A stretch of DNA of 63,090 nucleotides from Lachnospiraceae bacterium UBA3711 (GCA_002371345.1 DFHY01000108.1:2046-65135), one strand, 5' to 3'. Shown: positions 10,601-20,305, counted from the stretch's first letter. The notes: generated by a model not told the origin, from the letters alone. Numbers and translations: made by a program.

Positions 10601-10707
10601 TCGCGGACCGCCGCGTATCCGTTCTCATAAAGAACTTCGCGCAGAGGCACAGATGCGGAGACTTCGTACGATCTTTCTATATGGTTGACCCAGAGTCTGA
10701 TCTTCAT
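7693..10707 (-). CDS. xdhD: molybdopterin oxidoreductase, XdhD/YgfN type (fused degenerate Fe-S + Mo-binding subunit)
   Basis: VRDSDD..GSD, VQSAYNAPAAAL and IRDAGY match the E. coli XdhD-type N-terminus; LRSPHAHA, VGGGYGSKQ, YQGYG, GPFGAKSISE. Confidence 0.85.
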   Translation of the reverse strand: MKIRLWVNHIERSYEVSASVPLREVLYENGYAAVRDSDDCEAFCGSDTVLMDGVPVYADLVPAALADGTWIVTPDGILSLAVLSARGADVSRSFFREETISEEQRKAMKDALMLNGDEGPDCLTVVQQAMIEAGLVQSAYNAPAAALMLTWLLIHYPSPKREEIRDAMSGIFIRDAGYEHYYLAVKLAKEKIDSGSFSTQPAPSFRPELRLIGKPSGKVDGPQLIRGDKVFVEDYVSGDACRLVMLRSPHAHAYIKSIDTSEAEKVPGVVKIITAANCPDTFYMQAGQGNPEPSPHDRRLFNWKVRHVGDRVAGIVAETQEAGERARDLIKVDYEVLKPVFTVEEAMEEGAPRVHNGIVEYRVGAPDNLDEYNKDSGDWREGKVIYQFPLGADIHHNVAASNSGGIGDIEKAFAEADAVVERTYQTSQVQQTPLEPHVCFARMEGGRLTVYASTQVPFHVRRIVGWVTGLPENRIHVVKTRVGGGYGSKQDILIEDVTAYASFITGRPVYCRNTREEEFIANSTRHPMRARVKMSGKKDGTITGIFMEVRANTGPYGNHCLTVPMNSCSKTLPLFKCANMAYDLKVYYTNTPPAGAYQGYGTPKGTYGIMMCMAELAEKLGCDYKEMVLKNHVETGYRLDILKGLGEGREGNVVPVGSCGLREAVLQGCDMINWGVREVSDDPDVRIGKGFAMIMQGSGLPGLDHAEAIAKMETDGTVILNSGCADIGTGLDTICAKAVSEIMCMPMDHVTVLSGDTDASVFDTGSYASSGTFFSGNAAVTAARGLKKEVLKEAALQMGESEEDLELRMPGEVYSKKTGCVKTYAELSHAACAGNGRGTMVYHGTYVTTASSVPYGAHFAQVAVNTRTGEIRVQKFYALQDAGTPINPELALCQMYGASLKSIGHTLYEGMILDEEGRCLNANMTDYGVPMIYEQPDDFKAVLIDVDDPDGPFGAKSISEIACNGAAPAIGIAIHDAVGVWIQSWPMTPEKILRGMGKIGTENS

Positions 10708-11483
10708 GACTCGCTCCCTCCTTCCCCGCCAAGATCTTCATACATAGCTTCCAGAGTAGTACATGTTATATATCTCTTATATTCTTCCGTACCGAACATA
10801 TCATCCCTGACATGCGCCATCTTCCATGACACTCCCCAGTTCATGATATCCGGATGGAATATCCCTGAACCCTTGACGGCAAGGCCGATGCGGTATTCAC
10901 CGTCATCCCTTCCCATCGCGATAGTCAGGTACGCGTGGCTCTCAACCGTATTCGCGTAACGTCTGGAAAGAACCTTAAAGTCCGCATCATCGCCGGAAGC
11001 CTCTGCCTTCACCATCACCGCCGTTATAAGCGCGTCCGCATATCTGTCCCGTTCGTCGGCATACCGGTCAATGCCGATCCTGTAAGATCCGTCCTTGTCC
11101 TCAAGGCATATCTCGGCGCCTGAAGCCATGAGCGTCGGGATAAGGTAAGAATCACACCTCCATGAGGCGACATTTCCGCCCACAGTCGCCATATTGCGCT
11201 TCTGCAGAGAACCGCAGAAACGAAGCGCCTCCTTAAGATAATCCGGCGTCAGAGGACACTCGAGGGCATCCGTAAATGTCACAAGGGCACCGATCCGGAT
11301 GTACCCGTCTTCCTCCGATATATCACGGATTCCCTGAATATCCGGTATAACAATCAGCTTCCCGGCATGAATGCCTGAATCCTTATATCCGATCCCTGTT
11401 CCACCCGCGAAGAAAGCGGCGTCAGGTTCCTTCAAAGCCAGAGCCTCCTGAAGACCGGAAACCTTTATGAGTTCACCTTCCAT
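10704..11483 (-). CDS. FAD-binding subunit of a molybdopterin dehydrogenase (YgfM/XdhB-like)
   Basis: FFAGGTG, IRIGALVT, RNMATVGGN; ATGA overlap with xdhD. Confidence 0.85.
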   Translation of the reverse strand: MEGELIKVSGLQEALALKEPDAAFFAGGTGIGYKDSGIHAGKLIVIPDIQGIRDISEEDGYIRIGALVTFTDALECPLTPDYLKEALRFCGSLQKRNMATVGGNVASWRCDSYLIPTLMASGAEICLEDKDGSYRIGIDRYADERDRYADALITAVMVKAEASGDDADFKVLSRRYANTVESHAYLTIAMGRDDGEYRIGLAVKGSGIFHPDIMNWGVSWKMAHVRDDMFGTEEYKRYITCTTLEAMYEDLGGEGGSES

Positions 11484-11635
11484 TCTGTATGACTCCTTTC
11501 CAAGGCTGTAGTTAATCCACTTACATATTCTCAGTTTACCACCGATCTATTTATTTTTGTAGAAAACTTTTTTGAACAACTTATAACGGATCTTGATTAA
11601 TCTACCATGGTAATAGCATAAATCTCAAACCCTAC

Positions 11636-11664
11636 TTGAATTTGAGAGCCGAACCTGTTATAAT
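11636..11664 (+). promoter_or_regulatory. sigma-A promoter of tRNA-Pro
   Basis: TTGAAT-17 nt-TATAAT with extended TG. Confidence 0.85.
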
Positions 11665-11674
11665 CCAGATTCAG

Positions 11675-11749
11675 CGGGGTGTGGCCCAGTATGGTCAGGG
11701 CGCTTGACTGGGGGTCAAGAAGCCGTGAGTTCGAATCTCACCACTCCGA
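11675..11749 (+). tRNA. tRNA-Pro(GGG), CCA not encoded
   Basis: Acceptor CGGGGTG/CACTCCG, anticodon arm CTTGA-CTGGGGG-TCAAG, T-arm GTGAG-TTCGAAT-CTCAC, discriminator A. Confidence 0.96.
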
Positions 11750-11754
11750 CTTGC

Positions 11755-11789
11755 AAGAACCCGGATGGTTTTCCATCCGGGTTCTCTTC
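11755..11789 (+). terminator. hairpin terminator after tRNA-Pro
   Basis: AGAACCCGGATGG-TTTT-CCATCCGGGTTCT perfect stem. Confidence 0.75.
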
Positions 11790-11909
11790 ATGCTGTCGCA
11801 GCGTTTTTCCGGCTGCTCACCGTTATGTTTCAAATAACCGTCGAATATACTTCTCTTATCCGCCCGGATCATGATCAACTACATATGATCCGGGCAGCTG
11901 CACATATTC

Positions 11910-13472
11910 TTATTGTCCCGCCACCTTGTCAAAGACATCCGTCACTTCCTTCTCCGGCGCCGGAGTGACCAGTGACACGATCACGATGGCAAGCGCTGAG
12001 AGAATGAACGCGGGCAGCAGCTCATAGATATCGAGCACTCCGCCCATCGGACGCACAGCGAACTTCCAGATAAATATCATGGTGCCGCCCGTAATCATAC
12101 CGGCAAGGGCTCCGTAGCGGTTGGTCCTTCTCCAGAACAGCGAGAAGAGAACCAGCGGGCCGAACGCGGCCCCGAATCCGGCCCATGCAAATGAGACGAT
12201 GCGGAATACCGAGCTGTCAGGATTCCACGCAAGGAATACGGCGATTATGGCGATGATGAGAAGCGAAAGCCTGGCGACACGCATCAGGCTCTTCTCCTTG
12301 AGCTTCACATGGAAGAAGGAAGTAAGAATATCCTGTGACACCGAACTCGACGCGGCAAGGAGCTGTGAATCCGCCGTAGACATCGTGGAGGCCATGATGC
12401 CTGACAGAATCAGGCCAGCTATCAGCGCCGGGAAGAATCCGAAGCTGCTGAGGCGATGGGCTATCTCGATGATAACAGTCTCGGAAGAGCCTGACGATGT
12501 AAGCTCTCCTATCACACCGGCCCTTGTCATGCCGAGTCCGATAAGACCGATCAGGATCGCGACGCCCATGGCTATGACAACCCAGATACTGGCGATACGT
12601 CTTGAGAGCTTCAGCTTCCGCTCGTCCTCAATAGCCATGAACCGCAGGAGAATATGCGGCATCCCGAAGTAGCCGAGGCCCCACGCGAGCGTGGATACTA
12701 TCGTGAGGAAGCCGTACGGGCTGGTGCTTCCGGCCGCGAACAGATTCGCCTCATCGGGAACATGGCTCAGCGTCAGTGACAGATGTCCCGCCAGGGAACG
12801 CGCATTTGAAAATACCGCTTCCAATCCTCCGGCCTGGTTTACGCCAAAGAAGAGGACGATTCCGAGGGCAATCGACATGATGATGCTCTGCACAAGGTCG
12901 GTAAAGCTGGCAGCGAGGAAGCCGCCGCTCATCGTATACCCGATGATGACAATAGCGCCTACTATCATGGCCAGATGATAATTCACGTCGAACAATGACG
13001 CGAACAGCTTGCCGATGGCGGAAAAACCGGACGCGGTATACGGAATAAAGAATATAACGATAATCAGGGCCGAGATAAGCGTCAGAATATTGGTCCTGTC
13101 GTTGAAACGGTTTGAAAAGAACTGCGGAATGGTAAATGAATTGTTCGCGGCCAGAGAATAGCGGCGCAGCCTCTTCGCCACGATGAGCCAGTTGATATAT
13201 GTGCCTGCCGCAAGGCCAACGGCGGTCCAGATCGGCTCAGCCACACCGGACAGATAAGCCAGTCCCGGAAGGCCCATGAGGAGCCAGCTGCTCATATCCG
13301 AAGCCTCGGCACTCATCGCTGTGACAAAAGGCCCGAGCTTTCTGCCGCCGAGATAAAAGTCTCCCACATTCTCATTTTTCCTGGAAGCGAGGAAGCCTAT
13401 GATAAGCATGCCCAGAAGGTACGCGACCATCGCAACCACAATTCCAAACAACGATACTCCTGATAGATCCAT
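11910..13472 (-). CDS. putP: sodium/proline symporter
   Basis: DFYLGGRKLGP, MSAEASDMSSWLLMGLPG, WGLGYFGMPHIL, MSTADSQLL, AWAGFGAAFGP. Start at 13472 with AAGGAG RBS. Confidence 0.92.
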   Translation of the reverse strand: MDLSGVSLFGIVVAMVAYLLGMLIIGFLASRKNENVGDFYLGGRKLGPFVTAMSAEASDMSSWLLMGLPGLAYLSGVAEPIWTAVGLAAGTYINWLIVAKRLRRYSLAANNSFTIPQFFSNRFNDRTNILTLISALIIVIFFIPYTASGFSAIGKLFASLFDVNYHLAMIVGAIVIIGYTMSGGFLAASFTDLVQSIIMSIALGIVLFFGVNQAGGLEAVFSNARSLAGHLSLTLSHVPDEANLFAAGSTSPYGFLTIVSTLAWGLGYFGMPHILLRFMAIEDERKLKLSRRIASIWVVIAMGVAILIGLIGLGMTRAGVIGELTSSGSSETVIIEIAHRLSSFGFFPALIAGLILSGIMASTMSTADSQLLAASSSVSQDILTSFFHVKLKEKSLMRVARLSLLIIAIIAVFLAWNPDSSVFRIVSFAWAGFGAAFGPLVLFSLFWRRTNRYGALAGMITGGTMIFIWKFAVRPMGGVLDIYELLPAFILSALAIVIVSLVTPAPEKEVTDVFDKVAGQ

Positions 13473-13533
13473 ACTCAAACTCCTTACTTGTTTAATACTG
13501 TGAGGCACTAAAGCATTAAAGTGATATCAGTGA

Positions 13534-15495
13534 TTATAGCACCTCACTCATGGATCTACAAGTAAGCTTATCGTAAGTCAGTCTGTAATAGTCCTCTCTT
13601 CTCTCATTAAGGATCTTCCGCAGGCTCTCATAGACTTCAGGGCGTTTCATAAGATCAGGCAGGTACGGCGCATAGCGTGTTCCCGCACCGTCCTCGACCT
13701 CATGTATGTATTCGTCGAGACTCTTCCCCCTGCTGTAGCTTCGCCCGATCGAATCCGTAGCGGCATCCATACAGTCGGCGCAGGCAACGATGCTTATCAG
13801 CGGGCCGATCTCCGACTCCCTGATAGAAAATGAAAACGGATAGCCTGATTTGTCGTTGTACCATTTGTGATGGCCGCCGGCGATATCCCTGTATCTGGAC
13901 ACGGAGCTGTTGTACTCAAGCAGCGTCATGCCGATATCGGTATGGCGGCGGATCAGATCGAACTCAAAGTCAAACAGATTCCTCCCGTATACAAAGATTA
14001 TGTCGATCAGCGGAATCTTCCCGAAATCATGGCACAGAGCCGCGTCTTCTGTAAATGAAAGAATGTCGTCCTTGTGCGAGCGTATCTCTTCCGCCGTATT
14101 CAGCCCATTGAAACCGGCAAGCCGCGTGGGATCGTACTTTATGACATAATGGCACAGGCACTTGCTGAGTTCCCCGACCATGCAGGTGTGGACATAAGTC
14201 GGAGGATGGAGCACGCGCATAGCGCTGAGACAGAATCTCTTAAATGAAACCTCGGGCACCTTAATAAAATGTATCAGCAGCAGGCTTAGAAACTCAAGCA
14301 GATAAGACAGGGAGCGAGTCCCTATCGTATACAGCGCCCGCTTCTCGATAACCATATAGAACCTGGTAAGAGTCCTGATCTGTTCTTCCGTAAGCTTCTC
14401 CGCCGCTTTTGAAGTGAAAACGCGGTCATTTTCCTCCGTCACAAAGCCTGACGGCCTCTCAAGCGCGTAGATATACTCAAGAGGTATGCCTATGATATAG
14501 AATACTTCTTCAGCCGCGATGAAAGTCTGTCCGACATCCTCACATTCACGGTACAGTTCTGCCAGCATCTCCAGGTACTCGTCCCTGTCTGTACGCCCGC
14601 ACAGATACGCGTTTCTCATGGCTGCCAGCCTGATATATATGCGCGGCGACAGGTTCCTGTAGTATTCCGGATCGCTGTCCCAGATTCTCAGCAGCTCATC
14701 GCATACATCGCTTATATATCTTCTGCTTTCCAGGGTGCAGCCTCTGCTGTTGTTGTGTTCGGATATGGCTGCGATGTACTCCATCGCCCTGAAGCGATGG
14801 TATCTCCAGTCATAATCCGGTACCAGAGACCTGATATCGGGATTATCGGCCATGCTGATGGAGCGTTTAAGAGTATCGATATTCTCCTGGCAGCATACCG
14901 GATCTTCGGAATTGCCCTCATACAGGCAGACGGAAAAACGGGAGTTGACCAGCACCAGCTCCCTCAGCTCTTCGCTCTCGAGCGAGGCAAGCGAATCAGG
15001 ATCGCAGAACTGCCGGATGTAATCCGCAGCCATAAAGCCCTGCTCCCGGAAAGGAGCGCACGCTTCCTGACCGAAGCCGAACCGCTTTGCCATATTGACC
15101 ATGGAGTAGCTGCCTGAAATAAGATAATCAGCCTGTCTGAGCTTCAGAGCGGTGTCTCCTGAGCGCACGGCGTACTTCATCAGGCGGGATGACACATGAT
15201 AGCTCAGAGGGATATCGATGCTCTCAACGCTGCTGGCGTCAAGAAGGCTTGAGGAAAACCGGTTAAGCTCATCGATGGTCTCAGGTGTAAGAGCCTGATC
15301 TGAAGACAGTACCGGTTCGAGGACATCAGAAAGAATTGCGCGGTTAATCTGCGCAATCTCTCCGATCTTTATGAAGTTTGCCCTGAGAGTCCTGCTGTAC
15401 TCGGCCGCGCCATCCAGCTTTGACGGGTCAGGATATGAAAGAATACGTATCTGCCTGGTATTGCGGATGTATTCGTCCAATCGCTCTTTCAGCAC
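13534..15495 (-). CDS. HD-GYP-like phosphohydrolase with a large helical N-terminal region
   Basis: TYVHT, CHDFGK, RRHTDIG, GHHKWY..SGYP, CADCMDA in the C-terminal ~220 aa. Confidence 0.78.
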   Translation of the reverse strand: MLKERLDEYIRNTRQIRILSYPDPSKLDGAAEYSRTLRANFIKIGEIAQINRAILSDVLEPVLSSDQALTPETIDELNRFSSSLLDASSVESIDIPLSYHVSSRLMKYAVRSGDTALKLRQADYLISGSYSMVNMAKRFGFGQEACAPFREQGFMAADYIRQFCDPDSLASLESEELRELVLVNSRFSVCLYEGNSEDPVCCQENIDTLKRSISMADNPDIRSLVPDYDWRYHRFRAMEYIAAISEHNNSRGCTLESRRYISDVCDELLRIWDSDPEYYRNLSPRIYIRLAAMRNAYLCGRTDRDEYLEMLAELYRECEDVGQTFIAAEEVFYIIGIPLEYIYALERPSGFVTEENDRVFTSKAAEKLTEEQIRTLTRFYMVIEKRALYTIGTRSLSYLLEFLSLLLIHFIKVPEVSFKRFCLSAMRVLHPPTYVHTCMVGELSKCLCHYVIKYDPTRLAGFNGLNTAEEIRSHKDDILSFTEDAALCHDFGKIPLIDIIFVYGRNLFDFEFDLIRRHTDIGMTLLEYNSSVSRYRDIAGGHHKWYNDKSGYPFSFSIRESEIGPLISIVACADCMDAATDSIGRSYSRGKSLDEYIHEVEDGAGTRYAPYLPDLMKRPEVYESLRKILNERREDYYRLTYDKLTCRSMSEVL

Positions 15496-15499
15496 ATCT

Positions 15500-16972
15500 T
15501 TACCACTTTCTGATATTGGATACCGGCTCGCTCGTCAGATCGACTCCGAGACGATGGAATACATGTCTGTCAACCTCGGTCAGCATTACAGAAGTGTGTA
15601 CCTGACAGCCGCGCAGCCGCGGCAGCTGTTCAAGGCTCTCACGCGCCTTCAGATCAGAACGCGCCGCAAGCGACAGCGCGATCAGCACCTCGTCAGTGTG
15701 AAGCCTTGGATTCTTCCCGTGCAGGAACCTGACTTTGAGATCCTGAATGGGAACTATCTCCTCGGGAGATATGAGTTTGACGCTGTGATCCACTCCCGCC
15801 AGATGCTTCAGGGCATTCAGCAGCAGAGCGGAGCTCGCGCCGAGAAAATCGGTAGTCTTGGATGTTATCACGGTCCCGTCCGAGAGCTCTATCGCGGCGG
15901 CGGCAACCCCTGTTTCCTCCGCTCTCTTCTTGCAGGCCACAGTCACTTTCCGGTCGTCGGTAGTAATCTTTGCCTGCTTCATCAGCAGCCTGATCTTATA
16001 GACCTCCTCCTCGGTCGCCTCGTCATTCACGACCTTGCACACGGTCGAATAATATCTGCGTATGATCTCCTGGCATGCCGCCCTGCATACGACCTCATCA
16101 TCGGAAATGCACAGGCCTGCCATATTGACGCCCATATCTGTCGGGGACTTGTAAATGCTCTCGCCGTATATGCCCTCAAACATAGAGGCAAGCACAGGAA
16201 AGATCTCGATATCACGGTTGTAATTGACCGTAGTCTCGCCGTAGGCCTCCAGATGGAACGGGTCTATCATATTGACATCGTTCAGGTCCGCGGTAGCCGC
16301 TTCATATGCCAGATTTACCGGATGCTTGAGAGGGATATTCCAGATCGGAAATGTCTCGAACTTGGCGTATCCCGCCTTGATGCCGAGCTTGTTGTCGTGA
16401 TACAGCTGCGACAGGCACGTAGCCATCTTCCCTGAGCCCGGGCCCGGAGCAGTCACGACAACCAGCGGCCGGGTCGTCTCGATATAGTCATTTCTCCCGA
16501 AGCCGTCGTCGGAGAGAATGTGTTCCACGTTCGAAGGATATCCTTCGATGATGTAATGAAGGTAGACATTGAAGCCCTTCTTCTCCAGCTTGTCCTTGAA
16601 ATACGCGGCGGATTCCTGTCCCGTATAATGCGTTATCACTACAGAGCTGACATACAGCCCCCTGTCCTGAAACTTAGACGCGAGACGGAGGACATCCTCG
16701 TCATACGGAATGCCTATATCGCCTCTCATCTTATTCTTGACGATATCCTCCGCGCTGATCACAATCACAAGCTCTGACAGATCAGCGAGCTGCATCAGCA
16801 TCTGAAGCTTGCTGTCAGGAGCAAAACCCGGCAGCACGCGCGAAGCGTGCAGGTCGTCGAAGAGCTTCCCTCCGAATTCCAGATACAGCTTGTCTCCGAA
16901 CTTCCCTATTCTCTCACGGATATGCTCAGACTGGATTCTCAGATACTTATCATTATCAAAACCAATTTTCAT
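15500..16972 (-). CDS. DUF1846 (UPF0371) family protein
   Basis: KLYLEFGGKLFDDLHASRVLPG, APGPGSGK, AKFETFPIWN, SPTDMGVN. Confidence 0.92.
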   Translation of the reverse strand: MKIGFDNDKYLRIQSEHIRERIGKFGDKLYLEFGGKLFDDLHASRVLPGFAPDSKLQMLMQLADLSELVIVISAEDIVKNKMRGDIGIPYDEDVLRLASKFQDRGLYVSSVVITHYTGQESAAYFKDKLEKKGFNVYLHYIIEGYPSNVEHILSDDGFGRNDYIETTRPLVVVTAPGPGSGKMATCLSQLYHDNKLGIKAGYAKFETFPIWNIPLKHPVNLAYEAATADLNDVNMIDPFHLEAYGETTVNYNRDIEIFPVLASMFEGIYGESIYKSPTDMGVNMAGLCISDDEVVCRAACQEIIRRYYSTVCKVVNDEATEEEVYKIRLLMKQAKITTDDRKVTVACKKRAEETGVAAAAIELSDGTVITSKTTDFLGASSALLLNALKHLAGVDHSVKLISPEEIVPIQDLKVRFLHGKNPRLHTDEVLIALSLAARSDLKARESLEQLPRLRGCQVHTSVMLTEVDRHVFHRLGVDLTSEPVSNIRKW

Positions 16973-17083
16973 AACTCTATGTTTCTTCTTTCTGCTGCAA
17001 ACTCAGTTCAATGCCGCAATCAGGCGGCATCAGTCCCACCGTTCAGACGGATACACTTATGCCTTATCAGAGTGTATCCGGCG

Positions 17084-18013
17084 TCAGCCCCACAGCTTAG
17101 CGGGATACACTCCCTCCCGTGCAAGCTCCAGGAAGCTCTCCTTAACTGACGGGATATCCTCATGATATGTCACGCCAAACCACCTGTCATCGGTAGGGAG
17201 GACACTCACCCTGGCTTTCTGGCCGCGGAGCATCCCGTCCACGATCGTAGGCAGCAGGTATTCGGCTGTCTCCTCACGGTCTGTTCCGAGGTTCTCCTTC
17301 AGAAATTCCGCGAATCCGTTATGAAGGGCATCCAGAAACTCCGGCTGGAATCCCCACATGTTCATAGACACAAGAGACGACGGGTCAAGCATCATCATGG
17401 CTCCGTTTCCGTCCGGAGCCGCGCAGCCGCCGTCTGTCTTCACGATGCCCTTGGTCTCCCTTATCCCGGCCAGCTGTCCGTTCTCGTCGACACTGCAAAC
17501 GCCGCGTGTGACGCCTCCGTGGTCGGACAGTGTGTTCTCCAGTATGAAGCCTGACATGCACACAGCGTCCGCGTCTCTCCCGGCGCTCAGCCAGTCATGA
17601 ATATTGACGAAAGCTTTCTTTCCGTAATAATCATCCGCGTTGATCACGCAGAACGGTTCCCTGACAGCTCCGCGGCAGGAAAGGATAGCCTGGCCTGTTC
17701 CCCAGGGCTTCCTGCGGGAAGGCGGGCAGACAAACCCGTCCGGAAGATCGTCCATCTCCTGAAACACATAGTCTGTCTCTATATATTTCCCGATCCTGTC
17801 TCCTATAACCTCCCGGAAATCCTTCTCGAGGTCTTTCCGTATGACGAACACGACACGGTCAAAGCCTGCCCTGACAGCGTCAAAGACAGAGTAATCCATT
17901 ATGATCTCACCGCCGGGTCCAAAGCTTGTAAGCTGCTTGATACCCTCTCCAAACCTGCTGCCGATACCGGCTGCCATGATGACAAGACTGGTCCGGTTAT
18001 TCGAATCTGCCAT
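17084..18013 (-). CDS. sugar-phosphate nucleotidyltransferase family protein
   Basis: MAAGIGSRFG, KPWGTGQA, INADDYYG, VSMNMWGF, WFGVTY. Confidence 0.85.
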   Translation of the reverse strand: MADSNNRTSLVIMAAGIGSRFGEGIKQLTSFGPGGEIIMDYSVFDAVRAGFDRVVFVIRKDLEKDFREVIGDRIGKYIETDYVFQEMDDLPDGFVCPPSRRKPWGTGQAILSCRGAVREPFCVINADDYYGKKAFVNIHDWLSAGRDADAVCMSGFILENTLSDHGGVTRGVCSVDENGQLAGIRETKGIVKTDGGCAAPDGNGAMMMLDPSSLVSMNMWGFQPEFLDALHNGFAEFLKENLGTDREETAEYLLPTIVDGMLRGQKARVSVLPTDDRWFGVTYHEDIPSVKESFLELAREGVYPAKLWG

Positions 18014-18311
18014 AAGCTTCCTCCAGATGATTCCGGGCATCCGCCCTTTCAAACCTATAATCTGCCGCATCCGAAGCGGATATGTTTCCTATGCTTCCGG
18101 CTGCCGTATGCTTATAATAGTTTACTACATCCGAACCCGGAAGAAAAGTATAAACAACGGTACAAATGCTTCTGATAATATCCGTCAGGCAGCCCGGGCG
18201 AATCGCAAAAATCAGTGGCACGTCATGCGCTCGTTATGGTATAGTACTTATATAAACAGCAGACGGTTTTCAATTCAAGTCTGCACATTGCTGAAGGGAG
18301 ATTTCGAGATT

Positions 18312-19187
18312 ATGAAAAACAATGTGATCAAACGTTTCCGGCTTATGATCCCCGTGCTCATTCTGATGTGCGCGTTCTTTACAATGTCTGCATCTTCACA
18401 CGCGTCCGCCGGAACGGTACGTATCAGCAAATCGAAGGTTAATCTGTATACAGACGGAGGAAGAAGCAATATTAAGCTGAAGATCCTGGATGACAACAAC
18501 CCTGTCCAGGCCCACTGGAGCTCATCCAAGAAGAAGATCGCGACAGTCTCCTCCACCGGAAAGGTCAAGGCAAAGCGCACCGGAACCACGACGATCTACG
18601 GAACCTATGCAGGCTTTACCTACAAGTGCAAGGTCACTGTCCGCAAGACTTCAGGAAAGTATAAGAAGTGCATCAAAGCCTACAACCGTTTCCTGATGAA
18701 CCCGTATGTACTGTACACTGACAACGGCAGAAGGGCCCAGGCGGATAACTTCTGCACTGTCGACCTTGACAATAACGGGATCCCTGAACTCCTTGTCAAC
18801 GTTGTAACTTCAGAGGGCCGTTATCATGTCATCTACCGGTACAAGAAAGGAAAGATGACAACCGGCCAGCAGCTGGGCATCTGCTCTGATTTCATGTGGT
18901 ATTCCTCAAAGAGGGTCATGAACTTCATTAAGTATGAGGCTAACCAGTCGCTTGTCATTTATTCCAGAGACAACGGCACCACTCTGAATTCCATCGCCAT
19001 CCTCCGCAGACAGAGGAACAGGGACAGATATTACGAGTCTGACGGATCAATCAAAAACTATGGCGAGAGAGTTTCGGCAGTGGAGTTCCGCAATTATGTC
19101 GACCACGATATTCTGAACTATACCACTCCGAAGGCAGTGACAATGCATGTAAACACTCCTTACAACAGATCACGTTTCCTGAAGTAA
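18312..19187 (+). CDS. secreted Ig-like (Big_2) domain protein
   Basis: RBS AAGGGAG, signal peptide, WSSSKKKIATVSSTGKVKAKRTGTTTI, DLDNNGIPEL. Confidence 0.8.
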   Translation: MKNNVIKRFRLMIPVLILMCAFFTMSASSHASAGTVRISKSKVNLYTDGGRSNIKLKILDDNNPVQAHWSSSKKKIATVSSTGKVKAKRTGTTTIYGTYAGFTYKCKVTVRKTSGKYKKCIKAYNRFLMNPYVLYTDNGRRAQADNFCTVDLDNNGIPELLVNVVTSEGRYHVIYRYKKGKMTTGQQLGICSDFMWYSSKRVMNFIKYEANQSLVIYSRDNGTTLNSIAILRRQRNRDRYYESDGSIKNYGERVSAVEFRNYVDHDILNYTTPKAVTMHVNTPYNRSRFLK

Positions 19188-19201
19188 GAACACTGTAATC
19201 A

Positions 19202-19510
19202 TCATACGATTATGAACTCGGCAATCAGTACGACAACGCAGCACAGGCTGGCAACCTGGAACAGGCTTGCTCCGAACCATGCCGCGACGATGCCTGCCGC
19301 CAGTGCCATTATCCCCGAATACGGAGTCTGTGTTGATTCTATGATCGCGGGAAAGGTCATCACCGCGAGCGTTACGTATGGCACATAGTAAAGAAATGAC
19401 TTGAGAAACGGCGAGCGGATCTTTCTGCGGATCAGCGTGATCGGGAGCGCCCGGACCAGATAGGTCACAGCGAACATTACAAGGATATATAAGTTAATAT
19501 TCTTACTCAT
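19202..19510 (-). CDS. azlD: AzlD-family branched-chain amino acid exporter subunit
   Basis: VTYLVRALP..FLYYVPY; hydrophobic; overlaps azlC. Confidence 0.85.
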   Translation of the reverse strand: MSKNINLYILVMFAVTYLVRALPITLIRRKIRSPFLKSFLYYVPYVTLAVMTFPAIIESTQTPYSGIMALAAGIVAAWFGASLFQVASLCCVVVLIAEFIIV

Positions 19511-20283
19511 ACCGCTTCTTCTCCTGCTTCTGTACCTGCATCTTCATCTGACGGATGCGGGAAGAGAATTGCCGCAGCTCCCGACAGAATGACGGTCAGA
19601 AGGATAATCCTGTTTCCGGACGATAGGTCACGAAGATACGGAAGCCTGGAAAACGCGTAGCTCGCCGCGAAGCTTGCCGGAATAAGAACCAGGATTACCC
19701 TCTCTTTTCTCGCCGGGGGAATTATGACTGCCAGAAACATGCCGAACAGAGCAACACTCAGCGCACTGACAAGGCGTACAGGCATCATGTTTCCGACCAG
19801 TATTCCGAGCGCTGTCCCCGCGGCCCACATCGGCGCCGCGAATGCGCCTGCCCCATATGTGTAGAACGGATTTAAATATCCTTTCTGACGTGTCTCTATG
19901 GCAAATATCTCATCTGTTATAAAGTACGCGATCCCGAAGCGGTGTACAGGGTGTGTATCGGAAGACAGCTTCTGGCTGACAGCCGTGCTCATAAGCAGGT
20001 ACCTTGCGTTGATGATGAAGCTGATAAGTGCCATCTCATACAGAGGCGCAGCCGCGGCTATAACCGTAAATCCGGCGTATTCACCGGCGGAGGCAAGACA
20101 CAGGATACTGGCCGCAAAGCCCTGCAGCGGACTGAGCCCGGCGCTTCTAGCCGCGACGCCGAGCGCAAATGCGACCGCAAAGTATCCAAGGCCTATCGGT
20201 ATCCCGTCTTTGAACCCTTCCCTGAACGCCCCGGCATTGCGGCTGTGTGAGGTATTATCTCTCTGATCCATCTTAAACTCCAT
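19507..20283 (-). CDS. azlC: AzlC-family exporter
   Basis: PIGLGY, ASAGEY, INARYLLMS, ITDEIF. Confidence 0.88.
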   Translation of the reverse strand: MEFKMDQRDNTSHSRNAGAFREGFKDGIPIGLGYFAVAFALGVAARSAGLSPLQGFAASILCLASAGEYAGFTVIAAAAPLYEMALISFIINARYLLMSTAVSQKLSSDTHPVHRFGIAYFITDEIFAIETRQKGYLNPFYTYGAGAFAAPMWAAGTALGILVGNMMPVRLVSALSVALFGMFLAVIIPPARKERVILVLIPASFAASYAFSRLPYLRDLSSGNRIILLTVILSGAAAILFPHPSDEDAGTEAGEEAV

Positions 20284-20305
20284 TCCGCTGCCTGCAGCCG
20301 GCGGT

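Noticed and set aside
10150-10707. Loss of 2Fe-2S cysteines in the molybdoenzyme as a novelty
   Set aside because: The Cys-poor N-terminus is a known trait of the XdhD/YgfN family.
11675-11910. tRNA as a prophage/island integration site
   Set aside because: No integrase and no duplicated tRNA 3' end found in the window.
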